DNA of 31,156 nucleotides from a virus (Duplodnaviria; Heunggongvirae; Uroviricota; Caudoviricetes): IMG/VR virus record IMGVR_UViG_2778261417_000015, positions 1 to 31,156 of that record; one strand, 5' to 3'. Shown piece by piece: positions 1 to 7,984 of this stretch (position 1 is its first letter; each line of letters starts with the position of its first letter). The notes under the pieces were generated by a model. It saw only the letters and a program-made list of their open reading frames with translations, ran no database searches and was not told where the DNA came from. The position numbers and the translations under genes were made by a program.

Positions 1-216
1 TTATTGGTTATCCGCTTTAGAAGCATTAACCTGATCTTCCCATGATGCGATCTCAGATTCCCGCCAGCGCTTAGGGTTGCCGGGAATCGTTGGTTTAGGG
101 AAGGGGCAGGTGAAGCTCGAAGGCATGCGCGCAGGTGTACTCCAAAAGTACAGCGTACTCCGGGAAATTTTGTATCGAGCCAGGATGTCACTGGTAAACA
201 AGATGCCGTCATTCAT
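1..216 (-). CDS. AlpA/Xis-like excisionase or DNA-binding regulator (71 aa)
   Basis: ORF-track protein has the AlpA/excisionase-like pattern (SRSTLY ... KRWRESEIASW). GGAG lies upstream of the ATG at 216. Position at the integration-proximal end of the leftward operon fits. Confidence 0.6.
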   Translation of the reverse strand: MNDGILFTSDILARYKISRSTLYFWSTPARMPSSFTCPFPKPTIPGNPKRWRESEIASWEDQVNASKADNQ

Positions 217-231
217 TATTCTTTACTCCAG

Positions 232-257
232 GTAAAAAACGCCCGGGCGAGCCGGGC
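232..257 (-). terminator. Rho-independent terminator upstream of the xis-like gene
   Basis: On the minus strand GCCCGG-CTCGC-CCGGGC (6-bp stem) is followed by GTTTTTT. Confidence 0.5.
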
Positions 258-314
258 CAAAACGAGGGTTGGTTACATCCGATAACCGACTCAGTGAATC
301 GGCTATCAGCTGTG

Positions 315-587
315 TTATTGCACAAGACCGAGCTGATAGTTCAACTCCTCAAGGCATTCTCTATCCTGCTCGAAGCAGTAATCCCATAACTCCTGATCAA
401 GACACTCGCGAACGATTTGCCACTTCCATCCGCTGTCATGCTTAACTCGGCGGACCTTTCGCTTAACGATGGCGTCCTGGTCGATAATCACTCCCCAACC
501 TGGACCAATGCCATTGCGTAGCACATCCAGATCAACCTCGATAACGCGGAACAGCTTCGGTAGCTTCGGTAACTCTTCAATACGCAT
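315..587 (-). CDS. Hypothetical phage protein (90 aa)
   Basis: Intact ORF with a strong AGGAGG Shine-Dalgarno upstream of the ATG at 587. Tightly packed in the same-strand operon. Confidence 0.6.
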   Translation of the reverse strand: MRIEELPKLPKLFRVIEVDLDVLRNGIGPGWGVIIDQDAIVKRKVRRVKHDSGWKWQIVRECLDQELWDYCFEQDRECLEELNYQLGLVQ

Positions 588-596
588 AATTCCTCC

Positions 597-836
597 TCAT
601 GCAGCACGCTTGGCGCGCAGCTTCTTCAGATGTTCTGCTGTTTCGATTTCTTCGGCGATCCGCTCGGCCTGTGCTTTGGTCAGTGGCTCGAATTCATGCT
701 GAAAGCGGCCCATACTGGCGATGCAGGTGCGGCCGTTGCGGATGTAGTGGATGACTTCGTGGGTAGCTCGGAGGATTTTGCAGGGCGCGCCGTGGGGATC
801 GGCGTACCAGGTATTAGGCTGGATTATCCTGAACAT
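597..836 (-). CDS. Hypothetical phage protein (79 aa)
   Basis: Intact ORF in the same-strand operon; its stop abuts the RBS of the downstream gene. Confidence 0.5.
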   Translation of the reverse strand: MFRIIQPNTWYADPHGAPCKILRATHEVIHYIRNGRTCIASMGRFQHEFEPLTKAQAERIAEEIETAEHLKKLRAKRAA

Positions 837-1206
837 TAGCTGAGTCCTGCATCATGAGGAATACAATCATTGCTCCGCGCAACGGGTTGGACTGATACTG
901 AGCGCGGCAATCATCGAACTGATTAACAGCATTCCACCACTCAGAAGTGCCGTCTTCAGCACAATCCCAAACCAGACTAATGCGATTCTTCAGAATGATC
1001 GGACCCGCATTCTCCCAGCAAAGAGTTGGCGCATATTGCTCCCATGGATTTTCACCATCACACACCCAAACAGTGTGTGGGCGAAGTTCGTGATATTTGC
1101 TCGTCATGCCGGTTGCTTTGCTATCGTCAATTTCCTGAACCAAAAGTCCATTTGCGATCGCCACTCGTTTGTTAATTTCAAAGTCGCTTAGCTTGCTGTA
1201 ATCCAT
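814..1206 (-). CDS. Hypothetical phage protein (about 130 aa)
   Basis: ORF-track ORF 814..1209; the likely ATG at 1206 overlaps the upstream gene stop (ATGA coupling). Confidence 0.55.
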   Translation of the reverse strand: MDYSKLSDFEINKRVAIANGLLVQEIDDSKATGMTSKYHELRPHTVWVCDGENPWEQYAPTLCWENAGPIILKNRISLVWDCAEDGTSEWWNAVNQFDDCRAQYQSNPLRGAMIVFLMMQDSANVQDNPA

Positions 1207-1424
1207 CACAAACCTCTCTGTTTGTTCCGAAGCTCAATTACGCCCTGGCATTCAGCGCACGTCTGGCGGCCGGGAACGGCAGCGCGACGCAGCTCAGGGA
1301 TATCCTCGTCGCATGCTTCACAGAACTCAGCAGACACGAGATTACCGGTACGGCGATGCTTACTGAGTGCGAAGTTACGTTGTAACTCTTCGGTTTCTGC
1401 TGCTGAATCAATAATGTCCGCCAT
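1206..1424 (-). CDS. TraR/DksA-family C4 zinc-finger protein (72 aa)
   Basis: Two CxxC pairs (CEAC ... CAEC) in a 72-aa protein, typical of phage TraR/DksA-like zinc fingers. Confidence 0.6.
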   Translation of the reverse strand: MADIIDSAAETEELQRNFALSKHRRTGNLVSAEFCEACDEDIPELRRAAVPGRQTCAECQGVIELRNKQRGL

Positions 1425-1451
1425 ATCAGTACTCCCTAAATTGCTTGTTCA

Positions 1452-1649
1452 TCACACCGATAGTCCATGTGAAGAGAGTGAATGGAATGCCCAGGCTTTG
1501 AGCTTCTCGAAATGCTTCTTGAGCAGTGGGCGACTTACCGCGTCGAATTTCGGCTTTGGCTTCTGGTTCATTGCGGCTTTGAGTTCTTTGTTACAGCGCC
1601 GGGCGGTAGAGATAAGCGCGTTACGCTGTTCCTGAGTTTTTGGCATCAT
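1452..1649 (-). CDS. Hypothetical small basic protein (65 aa)
   Basis: Intact ORF whose start overlaps the stop of the upstream methyltransferase gene. Confidence 0.45.
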   Translation of the reverse strand: MMPKTQEQRNALISTARRCNKELKAAMNQKPKPKFDAVSRPLLKKHFEKLKAWAFHSLSSHGLSV

Positions 1650-2197
1650 GCGGCCTCCCGTCGAGCCAGTAGTTTGTTGCCGAAGGCCATTAAGTGGTCA
1701 CGCTCAACCGTTGTGAACAGGCAGTGTGTACGCGGGTACGGCCTCCAGATGATGAGCATCGACCCTTTGTTGTTTCCGCTGACTGGCTTACCGGTGACCG
1801 GGTTGATAAATGCCAGACGCCCGGCGGTGATAAAGCGAACCTCGCTGGCGGTCTGGATTGCTTCCTTGAACCAGCCAACCGATGTGTCTGCTGGAACCAG
1901 CATGACCGTGCCGATCTGATTGGCGCTTTCGGCTGCGGCCTTTTTAACGAATGGTGTGATATCGCTATATGGTGGATTCAGCCAGACGTAACCCGACACA
2001 CTCAGGTAATCGGCCCACGGCGTTTCCAGCGTGTTCTGCTCGGCGGTGATGAACTTCCTGCAAAGTGCATTATGCGGCGCTGCGGCGGCATCCAGTTGGA
2101 AGCAAAACTCAGCATCAAGCGAAGCGAAGAGGGATGGCGGAGTGCGCCAGAGGTCACGTTGATCCGCTGGTGTGTAACTGCCGGTGTAATCGGTCAC
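1646..2197 (-). CDS. Phage DNA N6-adenine methyltransferase (183 aa)
   Basis: Catalytic NPPY motif (WLNPPYS) with typical phage Dam-like length. GTG start is preceded by AGGAGG. Confidence 0.8.
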   Translation of the reverse strand: MTDYTGSYTPADQRDLWRTPPSLFASLDAEFCFQLDAAAAPHNALCRKFITAEQNTLETPWADYLSVSGYVWLNPPYSDITPFVKKAAAESANQIGTVMLVPADTSVGWFKEAIQTASEVRFITAGRLAFINPVTGKPVSGNNKGSMLIIWRPYPRTHCLFTTVERDHLMAFGNKLLARREAA

Positions 2198-2352
2198 GCT
2201 ACCTCCTGACGATTGGAATACTCTTCAGCCAGGCGCTGTGCCTTGATTGGGTTACAGACAATTTCTCCCCACGGCATCAGCCATCCGTTCTTGCCGACGA
2301 TGAATGGCAGTCGCACAGCGTAAACAACAATGTCATCGTGAGCATGTTTCAT
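2194..2352 (-). CDS. Small hypothetical protein (52 aa), translationally coupled
   Basis: Hand-translated ORF below the 60-aa track cutoff ([52 protein letters not shown]). ATGA overlap with the upstream gene and GTGA overlap with the methyltransferase start. Confidence 0.4.
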   Translation of the reverse strand: MKHAHDDIVVYAVRLPFIVGKNGWLMPWGEIVCNPIKAQRLAEEYSNRQEVA

Positions 2353-2783
2353 AAAACAGCCTCGAATTCGTCAATGTAGAGATTGGCCTTTATCAACCTG
2401 CTGCGGCGTGCGGCTTTATCCAGGCATTCCTGATGAGCTTTTTTAGATGCATGGAGAACGGCGCCGCGAGTGCAAAGACGCGTCTTTCCTTGTGGGACAA
2501 CTACTTTGGCCGGAGTTACTAAGTTGAATTGCCGATCGACAATTCCCGATTCAGTAACCCTGGTAGGAGAAGCCTCAAGACGGGCAACTTTGCCGGTACC
2601 ACGCGTGAGGTTCTTTGCGGAGCGGTTAAACTCGATCAGCGTTACGCCAAAAGCGGCGGCTATCTCAGAACCGGTGACGGGGCGGCCGCGCGTCTGAATC
2701 ATCCAGATAACTCGTTCACGGAGACCGGAGAATTGCCCGGTGCGACCGGGCCTGCGGTAGAAGGGTGTGCGTTTCATTTCCAC
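2349..2783 (-). CDS. Hypothetical protein, possible DNA-binding (144 aa)
   Basis: Intact ORF filling the gap between exo and the small gene. Basic, HTH-like central segment. Start not resolved. Confidence 0.45.
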   Translation of the reverse strand: MEMKRTPFYRRPGRTGQFSGLRERVIWMIQTRGRPVTGSEIAAAFGVTLIEFNRSAKNLTRGTGKVARLEASPTRVTESGIVDRQFNLVTPAKVVVPQGKTRLCTRGAVLHASKKAHQECLDKAARRSRLIKANLYIDEFEAVL

Positions 2784-3454
2784 TGCTCCCCGAACGTGAA
2801 GCCGATCTCCTCAAGCGCCTCGTCCATCTTCTCGATGAACTCCGGCACCATTTCGTTGAAATCGGTCATGTACTGCGGATCCCGCTCAACAACGACGTGA
2901 TGAATACCTTCGCGTTTCATGCGCGGGTCGTAGTTGGCAAAGAACCAGGCGTCTTTTCCGGTTACCCACATGCTGTATTGCACCTGAGCCATGTACGCAG
3001 ACTTGATGGCTTCGAAACCACCAAGGCGAAATTTCATGAAGTCGCGGGAGGTGAAAGGGCATTTAAGTTCAAGACCGAACCCGTTACTGCACAGGCCGTC
3101 CGGGGAACACGCGGTACGCATGCTCTCGTCACGGAACAGGATCGGTGACTCCGTGACTTTCACGTCAGTGGTGAACTCGAAGACGGTGCGGGCGTCTTCC
3201 TCGAACTGCTTACCCCAGGCCAGCGCCTTGGCGTTTACCTCTGGCGCTACACCGGTGCATACCTCGGCGAGCAAGGTGTGGAAGTAGGATATTTTCATGT
3301 CCGTCCATTTGGTTCCGGATCGAGGCTTGGAAATGACGTTGTGTACTTCAGACGCGGTTATGACACCGAGGCGCAGCCGGTGCCACGCCTCATCACCCTG
3401 TTGTATGGTGGTTATGTCGATGCCAGTCCGCGCCAGGATAATTTCTGGTGTCAT
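2774..3454 (-). CDS. exo: Lambda-type 5'-3' exonuclease (Exo/YqaJ family), 226 aa from the internal Met
   Basis: Near-colinear match to recalled lambda Exo ([13 protein letters not shown] ... [22 protein letters not shown] ... [38 protein letters not shown]). Start chosen at Met14 of the track ORF to match the lambda N-terminus. Confidence 0.85.
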   Translation of the reverse strand: MTPEIILARTGIDITTIQQGDEAWHRLRLGVITASEVHNVISKPRSGTKWTDMKISYFHTLLAEVCTGVAPEVNAKALAWGKQFEEDARTVFEFTTDVKVTESPILFRDESMRTACSPDGLCSNGFGLELKCPFTSRDFMKFRLGGFEAIKSAYMAQVQYSMWVTGKDAWFFANYDPRMKREGIHHVVVERDPQYMTDFNEMVPEFIEKMDEALEEIGFTFGEQWK

Positions 3455-3455
3455 G

Positions 3456-3743
3456 TCAGCAGTCCTTATGGTCATCCCACGGTCCGAATCCACCTACGTA
3501 AACGAAGCCTCTAGATGGATCGCTCACATGAGTTTCGCGCTGCAGTCGCTCAATTGAATTTCTGTCAATTGCCGCTTGGCGCATCTCAAGTGACTGATGC
3601 CCTCTGCGACGACCATATTGCTTCCAATAGGCAGCGCATGACTTACTGCAAAACTGTGCCCAACCTCTTTTTCGATCAGCAACGCGTGCCTTGAATTTGT
3701 CTGGGCAACACTTGCAGGTCACTTCAACGGTTTTCCCAGTCAT
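3456..3743 (-). CDS. Zinc-ribbon-like small protein (95 aa) inserted between recT and exo
   Basis: Intact ORF with cysteine clusters (CKCCPDKF ... CSKSC). Its stop lies 1 nt from the exo start and its start overlaps the recT stop. Confidence 0.5.
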   Translation of the reverse strand: MTGKTVEVTCKCCPDKFKARVADRKRGWAQFCSKSCAAYWKQYGRRRGHQSLEMRQAAIDRNSIERLQRETHVSDPSRGFVYVGGFGPWDDHKDC

Positions 3744-4669
3744 GCTGCCGCCTTCTGTTTGAGGAAGCCGAGAGCTTTCACAGCTTCGATTTGGGTCAAC
3801 TCCGTTGATTCGCGAATATCACGACGGAAGATTTTGGAGCAAAGAGGAAGCAGGTCGTCATCCCACGTCTTATTCATCGTAATAAGCGCGTCGTTAATTT
3901 CAGTTATGATATCGCTATCCGCTGGAGTGACGTCGCGTTCAGGTTGGCGCTCTGCCGCGAAGTTGATACCTTCCTCGCCTTCGGTGTTAACGTAGTCGAT
4001 AGCGGCATCCAGACGCTCACGGCGCGGCCAGTACTTGGCTGCTTGCTTCACGACCGTCTTGAGGATCATTTGCTCTTCGTCAGTTATCCACGGGCATGAT
4101 GTACCTTTGTTCTTGTAGGCTTTCCACGCTTCTGAACGATCACGAATCGCGTATATATCAGCTATTCGCATCGTGTGAGTGAGGTAATCACTATCGTCAG
4201 TCTTGATAACAACATAAGCACCGACGATTTCGCCGCGTTGCTCAGCGGTGTCGAAGTCGTTGTAGATGTGAACTGGAGGCTTATCGAGACCTTCACGTCG
4301 GAACTGGTCGTTCTTGCGGACGATTGCTGACTGGCACCACTTAATCGCGCCAGATTGCTGGGCAATGTGCATTAGGCCCATGTAGCTTATATCGAGACAG
4401 ATTGAGCCTTTACGCGGCACCAGATAAGCCAGCTTTTGCGCCGGGTTCAGTGAGATGCCGATCCCGGCGACATTCATTACAGCGCTGCGGGTACTTACCG
4501 GGTTAGCTACAGCAATCTTCGCCAGATAGTCATTATTAGCGAAGATCTGCATCGCGAACTCTGATTCGCGTTTGAAGTTCATTGAAGGCTCAGAACAAAC
4601 CTGCTCAAAGTCTGCTTTTAGTGGGTTAACCAGGCCAAAGACCTGGTCAATGAGTTGAGTTGCCATCAT
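3740..4669 (-). CDS. recT: RecT-family single-strand annealing recombinase (309 aa)
   Basis: RecT-like length and motifs. It sits in the bet position between gam and exo. Confidence 0.8.
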   Translation of the reverse strand: MMATQLIDQVFGLVNPLKADFEQVCSEPSMNFKRESEFAMQIFANNDYLAKIAVANPVSTRSAVMNVAGIGISLNPAQKLAYLVPRKGSICLDISYMGLMHIAQQSGAIKWCQSAIVRKNDQFRREGLDKPPVHIYNDFDTAEQRGEIVGAYVVIKTDDSDYLTHTMRIADIYAIRDRSEAWKAYKNKGTSCPWITDEEQMILKTVVKQAAKYWPRRERLDAAIDYVNTEGEEGINFAAERQPERDVTPADSDIITEINDALITMNKTWDDDLLPLCSKIFRRDIRESTELTQIEAVKALGFLKQKAAA

Positions 4670-4962
4670 TGCTCCTCTTCGATATTGATTTGATGCCGTG
4701 CGACAACCTCAGACAGGTAACGCATAAATTCAGCCGAACGTTCCTGAAACTCGACGTCGTCGTCGAATGCCCGGCTAATTGCCTGTTTACTGGCACCGCG
4801 ACGCAGCAGGTTATCCACGCAAAGCGACTCCAGGAGATGCGCTGGCAATCCTTTTTCCAGATCGTCAGCCAACTCTGCCTCTTTCTCTTCGCGAGCAAGT
4901 TGCTGGTAATGACGAGTCCAGCTCTGAGCTTCAATCCGTTCATGGGCGAGAAATGCGTTCAT
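4666..4962 (-). CDS. gam: Gam host-nuclease (RecBCD) inhibitor, short form (98 aa)
   Basis: Strong match to recalled lambda Gam ([28 protein letters not shown] ... [12 protein letters not shown]). Start taken at the internal Met (MNAF), which has an SD-like TGAGG upstream; a longer in-frame form could start at 5004. Confidence 0.8.
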   Translation of the reverse strand: MNAFLAHERIEAQSWTRHYQQLAREEKEAELADDLEKGLPAHLLESLCVDNLLRRGASKQAISRAFDDDVEFQERSAEFMRYLSEVVARHQINIEEEQ

Positions 4963-4969
4963 GGGAACC

Positions 4970-5974
4970 TCAGTATTGAATTTTGGTGTGCGGCACCAGG
5001 CCATCCTTTAAAACGGTAAGGACCTGAATTGCCTGTTCACGGGTAAGGTTGGTGTGAGCGGTGAGGGCGTTAACAATTTCGGTGCCGACAGCTTTGCGAT
5101 GCTTAACGTCAGCCTCACGCTTTGCAGCCTCATCGGCGATGCGCTTTTCTTCCGCCAGACGGGCGGCTTCCTTTGCTTCGGTTTCTCGCCGAACCTTGTC
5201 TGCCGCTTCCTGCGCCTTTCGCTTCTCAGCTACAATGGCCTCCTGCTTTTCACGCTCGGCACGTTCAGCAGCTTCTTTTTTCTCGCGTTCTGCCTTCTGC
5301 TCTGCTGCTACACGGTCACGCTCCGCTTGCTCAGCCTTAAGCTTTAACTCCGCTTCCCGGCGCGCAGACTCAGCACGTTCGCGCTCGGCTTTCTCTTCGG
5401 CTTCGCGTTTGGCCTGTTCCGCCGCCTGACGCTTCAACTCTTCTTCACGAGCAATGCGCTGGCGTTCTGCTTCTTCTGCTTTTTCTTTTGCGTCGCGGTC
5501 GAAAGCGTCATTCATCAGCAGGGCCATTTCATGGTCCGCTTCGATTTGTGCGGCACGCTGGCGGTCGAAGTCTTCGTTCATCTCCAGTGCTTCGACATGC
5601 CAGGTATTCATTTCCTCTTCAGCCTTAATTCGCTCCTGCTCGGCTTCCCACTCTGTAAGAGGGCGGCGCACCTCATCCTTAAGCGCATCGAGGCGTTCAC
5701 GCACAATTCGACGGCTTTCGTCGATCTGCTTTGGCAATGCCTTAAGTTCAGCGACGAGGTCTTTACCGGCGTTGTCGATATACGTTTTAGAGCGCGCGAC
5801 CTTGTGGGCCATGGATGCGATGGCATCGCGACCTTTCTTCGTGGTCAGATCTGGTACCAGGCTACGAGCTTCTTTCTCGATGGCCTCGATAATCGGATCG
5901 AGCTGTTCCTTACTGGTAAACACCGCCATCGCGTTCTGCTTCTCAATGACGACTAAGTCCGTTACTTCGCTCAT
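4970..5974 (-). CDS. Large charged coiled-coil protein (334 aa), E/R/A/K low-complexity centre
   Basis: Long ORF with AGGAGA RBS. Globular N- and C-terminal parts flank about 150 aa of EAERQ/KREAEE repeats. Inserted between the Kil-like gene and gam. Confidence 0.6.
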   Translation of the reverse strand: MSEVTDLVVIEKQNAMAVFTSKEQLDPIIEAIEKEARSLVPDLTTKKGRDAIASMAHKVARSKTYIDNAGKDLVAELKALPKQIDESRRIVRERLDALKDEVRRPLTEWEAEQERIKAEEEMNTWHVEALEMNEDFDRQRAAQIEADHEMALLMNDAFDRDAKEKAEEAERQRIAREEELKRQAAEQAKREAEEKAERERAESARREAELKLKAEQAERDRVAAEQKAEREKKEAAERAEREKQEAIVAEKRKAQEAADKVRRETEAKEAARLAEEKRIADEAAKREADVKHRKAVGTEIVNALTAHTNLTREQAIQVLTVLKDGLVPHTKIQY

Positions 5975-6057
5975 GGTTTCTCCTGAATTATGGGTAAGCG
6001 TTGCCCGGCACCAGTTGGCTGCCAGTTCGCTTGAAAGTGAGAAGGGGGGTTAGTGGC

Positions 6058-6210
6058 TTAGTTCGCCAGATTGCGGCCGCGATACCACGGCATGCCAGCG
6101 GCTTTCTTCATGTCCTCGACTGCTGCGAGCCACATATTGCCGTCACTGAGAAACAACGCGATTGCTGCTTTGCTTTGCGCTGCCTGTAGCATGTAGTGGT
6201 TGATATTCAT
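6058..6210 (-). CDS. Kil-like small protein (50 aa), possible cell-division inhibitor
   Basis: Hand-translated ORF below the track cutoff (MNINHYMLQAAQSKAAIALFLSDGNMWLAAVEDMKKAAGMPWYRGRNLAN). Residue spacing resembles recalled lambda Kil and the position upstream of gam fits. ATGA-coupled to the upstream gene. Confidence 0.45.
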   Translation of the reverse strand: MNINHYMLQAAQSKAAIALFLSDGNMWLAAVEDMKKAAGMPWYRGRNLAN

Positions 6211-6470
6211 GAGCCATGCTCCGTTCCACCATTGAATCGCTCTGGCATTTCGTCGTGAATCTCAAGGCTCATCACCGCCACCTTTCCATCACGCAACGGG
6301 AAAGCGTATTCCTTCTTAACAACGGTAAGGTGGTCGACAGTCGCACGAAGAACCATGTCTGTTACGTCTGTTTTATTCCCCACCCAACAACTTTTTTCAG
6401 GGTTAAGGCGACCTTCATAGATTGTTCCCGTTAATGGGCTGGAACCGATCATCTTGATTGTTTTAGCCAT
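6207..6470 (-). CDS. Hypothetical protein (87 aa)
   Basis: Intact ORF with GGAGAAG RBS. Confidence 0.5.
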   Translation of the reverse strand: MAKTIKMIGSSPLTGTIYEGRLNPEKSCWVGNKTDVTDMVLRATVDHLTVVKKEYAFPLRDGKVAVMSLEIHDEMPERFNGGTEHGS

Positions 6471-6574
6471 AATCTTCTCCGCGCTTAAGGCCGCGCCGCC
6501 GAACGTTTAAACCCAATCCCCAGCAGGGGTTGCTATATCGGAGCAAACTCTGTGAATTTGCTTTGATATGGCGA

Positions 6575-6596
6575 TAAAAAACCCGCCGGAGCGGGT
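6575..6596 (-). terminator. Rho-independent terminator (tL1-like position)
   Basis: Minus strand reads CCCGC-TCCG-GCGGG followed by TTTTTT, directly after the stop of the 6596..6856 gene. Confidence 0.55.
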
Positions 6597-6856
6597 CAGA
6601 TATCTGTTAGTTGGTAATCGCAAATCATGTCGCAACAGCTTTTGTCCTCTTCGTTTCGAGGTCGAAGATCCGTTTGCTTGGTCTCTTGCTTTATCTCTCC
6701 CCAACAGACTTGAGAAACTTCATCAGGCCAGCCATCTCCGGCATCGCCACGGTAATAGTCGATTGCTTCGTTGGCCGCCGCTTTAGCTTCTTCCTCCGTT
6801 TTATACGTTTCGAATCCGTTATCCGGGTCAAACATAAAAAACTTGTAACTCGCCAT
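6596..6856 (-). CDS. Hypothetical acidic protein (86 aa from the internal Met)
   Basis: Track ORF 6596..6922 begins at a GTG; the ATG at 6856 (MASYKFF) has a GAGGA RBS. Acidic, with no arginine-rich motif, so not N-like. Confidence 0.5.
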   Translation of the reverse strand: MASYKFFMFDPDNGFETYKTEEEAKAAANEAIDYYRGDAGDGWPDEVSQVCWGEIKQETKQTDLRPRNEEDKSCCDMICDYQLTDI

Positions 6857-7236
6857 TGCCTTATCCTCTGTAGTTACCCGCTGATGCGGGAGAAACGCTT
6901 TGGTCGGTGTGGTGTTTCGCACCTTGCTGGCCTATGCGAATGTCTATCCAGCCGCTTCCAGGTCGTTCCGAAGAACACACCACACCCCAAAACATTACAT
7001 GTATTGGCCAGCGCCAACTCCCTGCCAGTGTTGCCCGTTCTCACGTCGTTCTCGCTCTCGCGCGGGGATACTCTCTCACCGACCGGATCGCACCCGGTGA
7101 TACAGCACGTTTTCGTGTAGGGGTCTTAACAGGTCATTGACGCTGTAAATCTGCTGAATTGTTAAAGAAGCAGGCGGGGTATCCGCCGCTGGCTAACTTC
7201 GCTCAGCTGTCGAGTTCGTTTCGATGGGTTGATGAT

Positions 7237-7295
7237 GTACCAATAGTTCATTGATGTAAAGTACCGAAAGTACATTTAAAGTGAATGGAAAGTTC
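7237..7295. promoter_or_regulatory. Candidate OL operator cluster (left early promoter region)
   Basis: 13-bp sites GTACCAATAGTTC (7237-7249), GTACCGAAAGTAC (7261-7273) and a weaker GAATGGAAAGTTC (7283-7295), spaced 23-24 bp and matching the two sites in the cI-cro intergenic region. Confidence 0.4.
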
Positions 7296-7385
7296 ATTAG
7301 CAGGCATGTGCATGAACTTTAAGGAGAAATAATTTTTAGATTTTGTTTGTGGTTAATATCTTGAGGAGGAGGCGGATTGGATATT

Positions 7386-7973
7386 TTAGAGGTTCGTCAC
7401 ATCTACTAATCTTGTGTGTCCGTTGTAAGTTGCGAAAAGGCTGCCGTCTGGCTCAACAACTGAAAGTTCAGCGTATCGAAGGAAATCAGTTTTGATAACA
7501 GACATCAACACCTCTCCAGTATCGATGTTTATTACCTCAACCCGATTCGCGTAAAAGTCATCTTTGTTTTTGCTACCGGCAAACGATAGGGCTATGTATC
7601 GGCCAAATTCTGATATGGCTGAACAAATGAGGTGAGTGGATGTTTCTATCTTGAATAACTCTTTCCCGGCGTTATCCATGACTATGGCTGCAGCCATGTT
7701 GTTGTCTTTGCCGGTATGGACTGAAAATAAAAATCGTCCGTTAACTGCTATGCATTGAGGTTTTGGAGAGTGATTCTCTCCAAGTTTGATCATGAATAGG
7801 AATCTTTCATTTTTCATAACCGCCAGCGTGTCGTCCCTGAAGTTGCTTTCATCACGCTTAAAAGCCCCTAATTGCCACCGTTTATCTTGGCTTAATTTGC
7901 ACGTAATAAGGTGGTCGCCAAGCTCGTATAAGACGCTGCCATCACTCAGTTCTGTAACTCTATTTGCTTCCAT
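7386..7973 (-). CDS. Unknown 195-aa protein immediately downstream of cI (rex-like position)
   Basis: Intact ORF. Its GAGGAAG RBS overlaps the cI stop codon, with an 11-bp intergenic gap. Markedly AT-rich relative to the core genes. No transmembrane segment seen. Confidence 0.65.
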   Translation of the reverse strand: MEANRVTELSDGSVLYELGDHLITCKLSQDKRWQLGAFKRDESNFRDDTLAVMKNERFLFMIKLGENHSPKPQCIAVNGRFLFSVHTGKDNNMAAAIVMDNAGKELFKIETSTHLICSAISEFGRYIALSFAGSKNKDDFYANRVEVINIDTGEVLMSVIKTDFLRYAELSVVEPDGSLFATYNGHTRLVDVTNL

Positions 7974-7984
7974 GCTTAACTTCC

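Noticed and set aside
5054-6053. Several long plus-strand ORFs (5054..5347, 5061..5429, 5454..6053, 5531..5956)
   Set aside because: They lie antisense to the E/R/A/K-rich coiled-coil gene and translate to serine/alanine/arginine-rich low-complexity sequence with no RBS; they are compositional mirror artefacts.
6596-6922. 108-aa ORF considered as an N antiterminator because of its size and position
   Set aside because: The protein is acidic, lacks an arginine-rich N-terminal motif, and its strong RBS points to an internal start at 6856; it is kept only as a hypothetical gene.
6611-7140. Plus-strand ORFs in the interval between the early-left genes and the OL region
   Set aside because: No RBS, implausible cysteine- and proline-rich composition, and they run against the local operon direction; likely non-coding leader DNA.
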